Of a stretch of DNA of 64,000 nucleotides, positions 18,550 through 26,184 are shown piece by piece; the first letter of the stretch is position 1; every line of letters starts with the position of its first letter. Below the pieces are notes generated by a model, which saw only the letters and a program-made list of their open reading frames with translations, was not told the origin of the DNA and searched no databases. Both the position numbers and the translations under genes were made by a program. This DNA comes from an uncultured Chloroflexia bacterium (GTDB taxonomy: Bacteria > Chloroflexota > Limnocylindria > Limnocylindrales > CSP1-4). The stretch covers positions 192,001 to 256,000 of the forward strand of contig CAVRGP010000015.1 of assembly GCA_963720755.1 (NCBI GenBank), read 5' to 3'.

Positions 18550-20058
18550 ATGACCGCGACCGACGGCGAGACGCCCACCTACCGCAACTTCATCGCCGGG
18601 GAATGGTGCGAGTCGACGTCGGGCCAGACGTTCGAAAGTCACGACCCCGCAGACAGCCGACGCGTCATCGGCCGCTTCCAGCAGGGGACGAAGGCCGACG
18701 TCGCGATGGCCATCAAGGCCGCCGAGACAGCCTTCCCGATGTGGCGGCGAACGCCGGCACCGAAGCGCGGCGAGATCCTGTACGCGTTCGGGGCGCTCAT
18801 GGCCCAGCACAAGGAACGGCTCGCGAAGGCGATGACTCGCGAGATGGGCAAAGTCATCGCCGAGGCGCGCGGCGACGTCCAGGAGGGGATCGACATCGCC
18901 TACCTGATGGCCGGCGAGGGTCGGCGGATGGCCGGCGACACCGTCCCGTCCGAACTTCCCGACAAGTGGGCGATGAGCATCCGCCAGCCCATCGGTGTAG
19001 CCGGGATCATCACGCCCTGGAACTTCCCGATGGCCATCCCGTGCTGGAAGACGATGCCGGCCCTTGTGACCGGCAACACGGTCGTGTTCAAGCCCTCGTC
19101 CGACACGCCCCACTGCGCCACGCTCCTGGTCGAGCTGATGGCCGAAGCCGGGTTCCCCGCGGGCGTGGTCAATCTGGTGACCGGGTCGGGCGCGGAGGTC
19201 GGCGACGCGATCGTCGACAGTCCCGATGTCGAGATCATCTCGTTCACCGGGTCGTCGGTGACCGGCAAGGGGATCGCCGCCCGGGCCGGCCGAAGGCTCA
19301 AGCGCGTGTCGCTCGAGCTCGGCGGCAAGAACGGGGTCGTCGTCCTGGCCGATGCCGACCTCGACCTGGCGACCGACGGCATCCTGTGGTCCGCCTTCGG
19401 GACGACCGGCCAGCGCTGTACCGCCGCCTCCAGGGTCATCGTCGACCGGTCGGTGGCCGATGCGCTGCTGGAGCGTCTCGAGGCGCGCGTCCGGAAACTC
19501 CGGCTCGGGTCGGGCCTGGACCCGGCGGTCGATGTCGGCCCGCTCATCAACCCCGGCGCCGTCGAGAAGGTCTCCTCGTACGTGGAGATCGGACGCAGGG
19601 AAGGGGAGCTGGTGATCGGCGGCGGCCGCTCGACCGAAGCGACCCTTGCCGATGGCCACTTCTTCGAACCCACGATCTTCGCCGGCGTCGGCGCCATGGA
19701 CCGGATCGGCCAAGAGGAGATCTTCGGCCCGGTGCTGTCAGTCATCCCGGTCGACGGGTACGGCGAGGCGATGCTGGCGCTCAACCAGACCCAGTACGGC
19801 CTGTCATCGAGCGTTTTCACCCGCGACGTGAACACGGCGTTCCGGGCGATGCGCGATTTCGAAACGGGCATCGTGTACATCAACGCCGGGACGACCGGAG
19901 CCGAGGTGCATCTGCCGTTCGGTGGCTGGAAAGAGACCGGCAACGGCCACCGCGAGGCCGGTCACGTCGCGCTCGACACGTACACCGAGTGGAAGTCGAT
20001 CTACGTCGACTTCAGCGGCCGGCTCCAGCGAGCCCAGATCGACAATCAGCCCGACTGA
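18550..20058 (+). CDS. Aldehyde dehydrogenase family protein
   Basis: ITPWNFP, FTGS, LELGGKN, GQRCTA, EEIFGPV, PFGG. Confidence 0.95.
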   Translation: MTATDGETPTYRNFIAGEWCESTSGQTFESHDPADSRRVIGRFQQGTKADVAMAIKAAETAFPMWRRTPAPKRGEILYAFGALMAQHKERLAKAMTREMGKVIAEARGDVQEGIDIAYLMAGEGRRMAGDTVPSELPDKWAMSIRQPIGVAGIITPWNFPMAIPCWKTMPALVTGNTVVFKPSSDTPHCATLLVELMAEAGFPAGVVNLVTGSGAEVGDAIVDSPDVEIISFTGSSVTGKGIAARAGRRLKRVSLELGGKNGVVVLADADLDLATDGILWSAFGTTGQRCTAASRVIVDRSVADALLERLEARVRKLRLGSGLDPAVDVGPLINPGAVEKVSSYVEIGRREGELVIGGGRSTEATLADGHFFEPTIFAGVGAMDRIGQEEIFGPVLSVIPVDGYGEAMLALNQTQYGLSSSVFTRDVNTAFRAMRDFETGIVYINAGTTGAEVHLPFGGWKETGNGHREAGHVALDTYTEWKSIYVDFSGRLQRAQIDNQPD

Positions 20059-21785
20059 CCATCGGCCACGGTGGGATCGACCATGCCCGGCGCCTGACTC
20101 GAGGCGAGGTCGAGGAGCTGGGCCAAACCGGCTCGGGTCGCCGCCACGACGACCTCCTCTCCAGCGTCCATCCGCTCGTCAATCGGGAAATCCCAGCGCG
20201 CCGTCTCCGACCCGGGGTCCGCGACGGCCAGGATCCGAAGCGCGCCGACCGTCCCCAGCGACGACGCCAGCCGACCCTCGAGGCGAGATCCTTCCGGGAC
20301 CCGGAGGCGGGCGAAGAGGATCACCCGATGATCGCCGACCGGCACCGTGGCGATGACCTCGGAGCCCACCGCCGCCGCCGCGAACGCCGGGGCCGCCAGG
20401 TGCGAGACGCTGCGCGTGAACCGGATCCCGAAGCCGCGTTGCACGCGCAGTGCGAATTCCGGATCGAACAATCGGACGACGACCCGCAGGTCGGGCCGAA
20501 GCTTCCGGGCATTGAGCGCGGTCGACAGGTTGACCAGATCGTCGCTCGTGGCTGCGATCAATGCCCGGGCGGTGTCGAGGTGGAGCTCGCCAAGCACATC
20601 GCCGTTCCGTGCATCACCGACGAAGACCGGGATCCCGGCTGCCCGGGTGGCCGAGATGAATCGACCCTCGTCGCTCACTTCGACGGCGACCACCGGCACG
20701 CCGCGGCTTGCCAGGCCGAGGGCGACCCGATAGCCGATCGAGCCCAGGCCCGCGACGATGACGTGGTCGTGGATCCGGCCCGGTACCGTCCGCCGACCGA
20801 GCGTCTGGAGAAGGCGCGATCGGATCAGCGCGTCGGTGATGAAGGCGTACACGATGGCGACGATGGCCGCCCCGACCAGGCTGAGGAAGATCGCATAGAT
20901 CCGCAACGCGCCGTTGCTGGCTGCGCCCGAGATATCGGCCGGCAGCGATGCCCCGGTCAGGAGCGTGATCGCATAGGACACGGCATCGAGCGGGGTCAGC
21001 CCCGCGACGACGTCGAAGAACAGAGCGGACCCGACGGCGAGGATGAGCAGGATCGTCGCGAAGCGGAGCAGGCGCTCCTCCGGTGCCCGCATCCGGGCTC
21101 GAAGTCCGTCGATGGTCCGCCCGAGCCAGCCGCTCGCGCCCGTCGATGGCGAGTCGATCGGCTGGCTCGCCGCGGTCGTCGCGGCGTCGCTCGGGTCCCG
21201 GACATCGACGACGATGAGGTCGGCTTCATGGGGCTCGGCCTCCGGCAACAAGTCGACCGATCGGTCCGGGTTGAGACGGGCGATCGGGATGGACCGATCC
21301 GAGCGGGCAGGCTCGGCGGACTGGCGGGACGTGACGAGTCGTCCGGCCAGCGCGAAGGTGACGCCGGTCTCGCCGTCCAGGGCTGCGGATACGAAGCCCG
21401 GGGCGGCCAGCGCCGACGAAGACAGCGCGACGGCATCCGGGAACAGGTCCGGGATATGCGCCCCCAGTTCCTGGTCGAACATCCGGATGACGACCCGTAT
21501 CGTCGGGTTCCGCTCGGTGGCGACGAGAGCGGCATTCAGGTTGGCCAGGTCGTCGCCCCCGGTCAGGACGATGACCCCGGCGTTTTCCACGCCAGCCTCG
21601 ACCAGGGTCCGGGCCAGTCGCTGATCGCCGATGACCAGGCGGACCCCGATGGCCTCGAGTGACTCGACCGGATCCGCGGTCGGGCCGATCGCCACGACCG
21701 CCTCGTCCCGGAGGCGCAACTGGTCGATCGTGCGCAGTCCAAGGTGTTCGAGCCCGCACACGATGACATGGCCGGTCGACAGCAT
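20046..21785 (-). CDS. TrkA-N/RCK domain membrane protein (potassium channel-like)
   Basis: Two RCK-N domains (HVIVCGLEHLG; HVIVAGLGSIG) flanking a two-TM segment, then an RCK-C-like tail. Confidence 0.8.
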   Translation of the reverse strand: MLSTGHVIVCGLEHLGLRTIDQLRLRDEAVVAIGPTADPVESLEAIGVRLVIGDQRLARTLVEAGVENAGVIVLTGGDDLANLNAALVATERNPTIRVVIRMFDQELGAHIPDLFPDAVALSSSALAAPGFVSAALDGETGVTFALAGRLVTSRQSAEPARSDRSIPIARLNPDRSVDLLPEAEPHEADLIVVDVRDPSDAATTAASQPIDSPSTGASGWLGRTIDGLRARMRAPEERLLRFATILLILAVGSALFFDVVAGLTPLDAVSYAITLLTGASLPADISGAASNGALRIYAIFLSLVGAAIVAIVYAFITDALIRSRLLQTLGRRTVPGRIHDHVIVAGLGSIGYRVALGLASRGVPVVAVEVSDEGRFISATRAAGIPVFVGDARNGDVLGELHLDTARALIAATSDDLVNLSTALNARKLRPDLRVVVRLFDPEFALRVQRGFGIRFTRSVSHLAAPAFAAAAVGSEVIATVPVGDHRVILFARLRVPEGSRLEGRLASSLGTVGALRILAVADPGSETARWDFPIDERMDAGEEVVVAATRAGLAQLLDLASSQAPGMVDPTVADGQSG

Positions 21786-21850
21786 CGACCGAGTCTACGA
21801 GGTGCCAGCCGACCGCGACGACCGGTCTTGCGGTATCATCCCGGACTCGT

Positions 21851-21925
<75 letters not shown>

Positions 21926-21943
21926 TCCCAACAAGCACGAAAT

Positions 21944-21971
21944 GACCCCCGGAGGCCATCCCCCGGGGGTC
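21944..21971. terminator. Hairpin downstream of tRNA-Lys
   Basis: gacccccgg...ccgggggtc. Confidence 0.55.
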
Positions 21972-22007
21972 TGTGATTCTCATCGTCCGGGCATGGCCAG
22001 CGGCACG

Positions 22008-22322
22008 CTACGAAGGGACGACGAAGGCGCCGGAGACGATCACCACAAACACCAGCACGAACAACATCACGGCGAACGTCAGAAACGCGACGAGGCCCGC
22101 CAGGATCCACCGACTCGGCGTCGTGGCCCTGATCACCAGGCCGGCGACGAGCGTGCCAGCTGCCAGGCCGACCAGGGCGGAGGCGAATCCAAGGGGGCTG
22201 ATCCATGGCAGGCCGAGCGTCGCCAGTCATCCGACCGTCCCGCCGGCCAAACTCGCAACGATCCAACGCAACGGGGATACGGCGCGTGGTCTCGGTTCTT
22301 TCGTGGTTTCGGGCGAGGTCAT
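22008..22322 (-). pseudogene. Small membrane protein gene interrupted by an in-frame TGA (22227-22229)
   Basis: MTSPETTKEPRPRAVSPLRWIVASLAGGTVG*LATLGLPWISPLGFASALVG...FVVIVSGAFVVPS; SD-like GGAGAAG upstream. Confidence 0.6.
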
Positions 22323-22504
22323 GTCCGCTTCTCCCTGGCTGGCTCATGCAACGGTACTCGGGGAGGTCAGCATTGCCAGAGATGGACGTCCAAGGCGCCT
22401 CCTGAGCAGGAACCACGTGCCTCGCATCACCCGCAGCCATCGGGGTTGCGTGGCGGCGTAAGCTCAGCGCGCAGCGCGACACTGGTCAAGCACGAGGAGA
22501 CACC

Positions 22505-22714
22505 GTGGACGGCATGCTGGCTCCACTCGCGCCACTCATCGTCGTCGGGAGCCTACTGTGGGTCGGTCTCGCCGTCGGCATCGGACTCCTCGCGGAGCGG
22601 CGCGGGTCGTCCGGGTTGCTGTGGTTCGCTCTCGCGGTCTTCACGACCCCCATCGTCGCACTGCTCCTCCTCTTGATCGTGACTCCGCAAGGTGGACGGT
22701 CGGGTCGTCGGTAG
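22505..22714 (+). CDS. Small two-TM membrane protein
   Basis: GAGGAG RBS before GTG; AERRGSSGLLWF...TPIVALLLL. Confidence 0.7.
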   Translation: MDGMLAPLAPLIVVGSLLWVGLAVGIGLLAERRGSSGLLWFALAVFTTPIVALLLLLIVTPQGGRSGRR

Positions 22715-22880
22715 GTGTTCGGACCGTCGCGTTCGGCGATGACGAAGTGAGCATCGCTGACCCTCCAGCTGCACATCCCAACCGGCCTTAGAGCCCGGCG
22801 TGCCGTTCGGCGGGGTCTTTCGTGGCGGATGGCCGTTGCGCAGCAGCGGACGTCGCCATACGGTGGTCGGGGTGATCCAC

Positions 22881-23798
22881 ATGAGACGCCGCGCCGCGAG
22901 TCTGGTTCTCGGTCTCATCGTGGTGGTCGGTTGCTCGAGCGCGCCTGCAGATCCACCGACCATGCGTCCGTCGCCGGGCCCGATCACGTCGCCGATGACG
23001 CCGCCGGTCAGGACGGCCACGATCCCAAGTTCACCGCGAACCGTCGCTCCGACCGCACCACCCACGGCCGGTCCGACGTCTCCGCCGACCGCCACTCCCG
23101 CGCCGACCTCGAACCCGCAGCCGACGGCGTCTGCTCCGTCCAAGGCACCTCCGGTGAGCAAGGTCGTCCGCCACGGGCCGCGCTCGAGCGGGGCCGTCGC
23201 GTTGACCTTCGACATGGGGGGCCGGGTCGGTGACGCCCTCGCGATCGTCGACTGGCTCATCGACCACGGGGTTCACGCCACGATCTTCATGACCGGGGCG
23301 ATGGCCGACAACGTGAATACCGCTGCCGGACGAAAGGTCCTCGCTCGGATCGAGGACCATCCGGATCTGTTCACGCTCGGCAACCATTCCTATTCGCATC
23401 CCGATTTCCGGACGCTGACCGCGTCGGAGATGGTCGCTGAACTCGAACGGACGGAGGATGCCATCCGGCCGTACTGCACCCAGGATCCGGAGCCGTTCTT
23501 CCGGCCGCCGTACGGGGGCTACGATGCAGACGTCCTCGCCGCTGTCGGAGCCGCCGGTTACAGCCGGACCGTCATGTGGGACGTCGACACGATCGACTGG
23601 CGCCCGGTGGCCAACGACCCTCCAGGCCCGACCACCGACGAGATCGTCGCGAAAGTCCTCACCGGAGCGCAGGGCGGCTCGATCGTCCTGATGCACCTCG
23701 GTGGCTACAACACGTATGCCGCGCTACCTGGCATCGTTGCCGGCCTCGGGGCCGCTGGCTATGTCCTGGCCGACCTCGACCAGCTCCTCGGCGGCTGA
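22881..23798 (+). CDS. Polysaccharide deacetylase (CE4/NodB) lipoprotein
   Basis: Lipobox VVGC, Pro/Thr linker, ALTFDMG, NHSYSHP, FRPPYG, WDVDTIDW, IVLMH. Confidence 0.88.
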   Translation: MRRRAASLVLGLIVVVGCSSAPADPPTMRPSPGPITSPMTPPVRTATIPSSPRTVAPTAPPTAGPTSPPTATPAPTSNPQPTASAPSKAPPVSKVVRHGPRSSGAVALTFDMGGRVGDALAIVDWLIDHGVHATIFMTGAMADNVNTAAGRKVLARIEDHPDLFTLGNHSYSHPDFRTLTASEMVAELERTEDAIRPYCTQDPEPFFRPPYGGYDADVLAAVGAAGYSRTVMWDVDTIDWRPVANDPPGPTTDEIVAKVLTGAQGGSIVLMHLGGYNTYAALPGIVAGLGAAGYVLADLDQLLGG

Positions 23799-23824
23799 CA
23801 AACCGGCGACGACGGCCCGGCTAC

Positions 23825-24241
23825 CTACTTGTAGACGAGCGTGCCGCTATCGGTCAGCGTGATCGTCAGTTCGTTGTTCGCGATCGCGTAGCTTGCGGCA
23901 TTCCCCAGGCCCGCGACGTACTGGTTGGAGAGCGACCCCTCCGGGCACGCGGCGAGCGTCATCGGGCCTGGCGTGATCGTCAGCCCGTTCGATCCCGTCG
24001 TCGTGTAGCCCCCACTCACGAGGTTGCAGTCGGCCTTCGCGGAGAACGTCCCATCGGTCGCGAACTCGATGGTGTAGTTCGCCTGCTGGTCGGTCGGGAC
24101 GACGCCCTGGAAGGCCGGCACCTGTTCGGTGATCGCCGTCAGCTGCCAGGTCTTGCCAGTGAGGCTGCTGCCGCTCGAGCAGGCAGCGACCAGGAACACC
24201 GCGACGACCGCAAGCGCAAGAAGCGTGCGATGACGGGTCAT
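23825..24241 (-). CDS. META/HslJ domain lipoprotein
   Basis: VAAC lipobox, LTGKTWQL, ADCN, MTLAAC. Confidence 0.85.
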   Translation of the reverse strand: MTRHRTLLALAVVAVFLVAACSSGSSLTGKTWQLTAITEQVPAFQGVVPTDQQANYTIEFATDGTFSAKADCNLVSGGYTTTGSNGLTITPGPMTLAACPEGSLSNQYVAGLGNAASYAIANNELTITLTDSGTLVYK

Positions 24242-24361
24242 GAGATCCCCCTGTCAAACGTGCAAGTGATGAGGGATACGCTAGCAGGAGGCGGGTCCGG
24301 ATGCTGGAGTCCTGTGCGCCGCACGAGGACCGCACCGACCGGCTGCGGATGCTACTCTGTG

Positions 24362-24486
24362 GCAGTCCTTTCATGGCCCGTCCTGTGAGGCTGGCGTACC
24401 GGTCCTGTGAGGCCGGCGAAGGAGGCACCTGATGTCTGCGCACGCGTCCGCCCACCGAGCCCAAGCGGCCGGTGGGTTCGTTTTGT
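24362..24486 (+). promoter_or_regulatory. PyrR-type attenuator leader with two binding hairpins and a terminator
   Basis: TCCTT...GTCCTGTGAGGC (24380-24391)...GTCCTGTGAGGC (24402-24413)...AAGGA; cccaccg..cggtggg plus T-rich tail at 24451-24486; extended -10 tgctactct at 24350-24358; lies upstream of carA. Confidence 0.75.
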
Positions 24487-24496
24487 CCGGGGTGAT

Positions 24497-25663
24497 GTGA
24501 TCGCCCGACCCGTTCCGCCCACGCCTCGCAACAGCGCGATCGTCGATCCCCGGATCGGCGATCTGGGACCGGCGCTCCTCGCGCTCGAGGATGGAAGCAT
24601 CTTTGCGGGGGTAGCGTTCGGTGCTGCGGTCTCGGCGGGTGGCGACCTGGTCGTCAACACGAGCCAGACCGGCTACCAGGAAGTCTGTACCGACCCCTCG
24701 TATGCCGGCCAGGTCGTCGTCATGACCTACCCACTCATCGGCAACTACGGGCGGCTGGCCGCCGACGACCAGTCGGTCCAGCCGTGGCTCCGGGCGCTCG
24801 TGGTCGCCAATGCGACGGCCGCGGTCCTCGACGACGCCCGGCAGCTGGCCTCACTTCTGCGCGACAACGCCATCCCGGCCATCGCCGGCGTGGATACCCG
24901 GGCGCTGGCGCGTCATCTCCGGGCGAACGGCAGTCTGCGCGGGATCGTGACGCGCCCAGGAGAGACGGATCGGGACAAGGCGGTCGCCGACGCCCGGGAC
25001 GTGACCCGCTGGGAAGAACAGGACTTCGTGAGCCAGGTGTCCCCGCCGGACGTCACCGACTATCCGGCCCGCGACGCCGCTTCCCCGCGCATCGCCATCG
25101 TCGACCTGGGACTCAAGAGCAATATCGTCCGGGCGATGCGCTTCCGCGGCGCCGGAGTCAGGGTGCTGCCCCACACGGCGGCGGCGGACGATGTCCTTGG
25201 CCCCGAGATCGACGGCGTCATCCTGTCGCCGGGCCCTGGAGACCCGGCCCGGCTGGCGGCCCAGGTGGCGCTTGCCCGCGCCATCATCGAAGACGGTCGA
25301 CCACTACTTGGGATCTGCCTTGGTCACCAGATCGTGGCTCGCGCCGCAGGTGCCGAGACGACTCGCCTGCGGTTCGGCCATCACGGCGCCAACCACCCGG
25401 TCCTCGACCGCGAGCTCGGTCTCGTCCAGGTGACGGCGCAGAACCACGAAGTGCAGGTCGTCGGCGACTCGCTCCCGGCGTCATCCGGCTTCTCGGTCAG
25501 CCAGGTCAACCTCAACGATGGGTCGGTGGAGGGCTTGCGTCACCGGGACAAGCCGATCGAGACGGTCCAGTACCACCCGGAGGGCGCGCCCGGCCCACTC
25601 GACGCGCTGGCGGTCTTCGACCGGTTCGTGGCCGCCGCCACCGCCGAGAGGGTCCGGCGATGA
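24497..25663 (+). CDS. carA: Carbamoyl-phosphate synthase small subunit
   Basis: LALEDG, TGYQEVCTDPSYAGQ, LSPGPGDP, GICLGHQ, HHGANHPV, QYHPE; start uncertain. Confidence 0.96.
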   Translation: MIARPVPPTPRNSAIVDPRIGDLGPALLALEDGSIFAGVAFGAAVSAGGDLVVNTSQTGYQEVCTDPSYAGQVVVMTYPLIGNYGRLAADDQSVQPWLRALVVANATAAVLDDARQLASLLRDNAIPAIAGVDTRALARHLRANGSLRGIVTRPGETDRDKAVADARDVTRWEEQDFVSQVSPPDVTDYPARDAASPRIAIVDLGLKSNIVRAMRFRGAGVRVLPHTAAADDVLGPEIDGVILSPGPGDPARLAAQVALARAIIEDGRPLLGICLGHQIVARAAGAETTRLRFGHHGANHPVLDRELGLVQVTAQNHEVQVVGDSLPASSGFSVSQVNLNDGSVEGLRHRDKPIETVQYHPEGAPGPLDALAVFDRFVAAATAERVRR

Positions 25664-26184
25664 CCCGATCCGCTGCGGGCCGATCCTCGCCGCGTAGGAC
25701 TCGATCCGCGCCGGCCACGACCCTTTCCGCGCCACATACGACTCGTGCTCGTCTTGGGCGAGACTTGACGGTGGAGACCGGCGTCGGGCTCCCGCCGCGA
25801 GCACGGATCACGATGCGGGGCCAGGGTCAGATGCCGGCGGCCACGGCGGTCCATCGCAGAACACGAGCCAGGCTCGTGTGTGGCGGGAAACCGGCCGCCG
25901 CAACGGGGATCCCTCGCAGAACACGAGCCAGGCTCGTGTGTGGCGGGAAACCGGCCGCCGCAACGCGGCTCCCTCGCAGAACACGAGCCACGCTCGTGAG
26001 TGGCACGAAACTCGCCGCCGCGACGTGGTTATCCCGCAGAACACGAGCCAGGCTCATGTGTGGCGGGAAACTCGCCGGCACGAAACCGGCCGGCACGAAA
26101 CCGGCCGGCACGAAACCGGCCGGCACGAAACCCGCCGGCACGCGTGCCGGCGGCACGACCCCCGCCCACGGGTGGCCCTCGTGA
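25660..26184 (+). CDS. Repeat-derived hypothetical ORF (174 aa) bridging carA and carB
   Basis: ATGA overlap with the carA stop and GTGA overlap with the carB start; consists of RRTRARLVCGGKPAAAT and AGTKP repeats. Confidence 0.35.
   Translation: MTRSAAGRSSPRRTRSAPATTLSAPHTTRARLGRDLTVETGVGLPPRARITMRGQGQMPAATAVHRRTRARLVCGGKPAAATGIPRRTRARLVCGGKPAAATRLPRRTRATLVSGTKLAAATWLSRRTRARLMCGGKLAGTKPAGTKPAGTKPAGTKPAGTRAGGTTPAHGWPS
25723..26151. repeat. REP/BIME-like palindromic repeat array: about four direct 60-bp units, one degenerate inverted copy, and four 15-bp units
   Basis: 60-bp period from 25854 with core acacgagcc-a-ggctcgtgt; inverted degenerate copy at about 25723-25761; gccggcacgaaaccg x4 at 26074-26133. 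Confidence 0.9.

Noticed and set aside
18327-21662. 1111-aa ORF and other long alternative-frame ORFs (e.g. 26882-29326, 43651-46026, 40322-42529, 58649-60724)
   Set aside because: Arg/Pro/Gly-rich shadow frames overlapping well-supported genes, as expected at high GC
22227-22229. Selenocysteine recoding of the in-frame TGA
   Set aside because: Hydrophobic TM context, no redox motif and no evident SECIS; Trp-to-stop is simpler
25854-26133. CRISPR array
   Set aside because: The sequences between palindromes are near-identical rather than unique spacers, the period is a strict 60 bp, and no cas genes are present
25878-26180. N-terminal extension of CarB shown in the ORF track
   Set aside because: It is a translation of the repeat array; CarB homology begins just after GTG 26181
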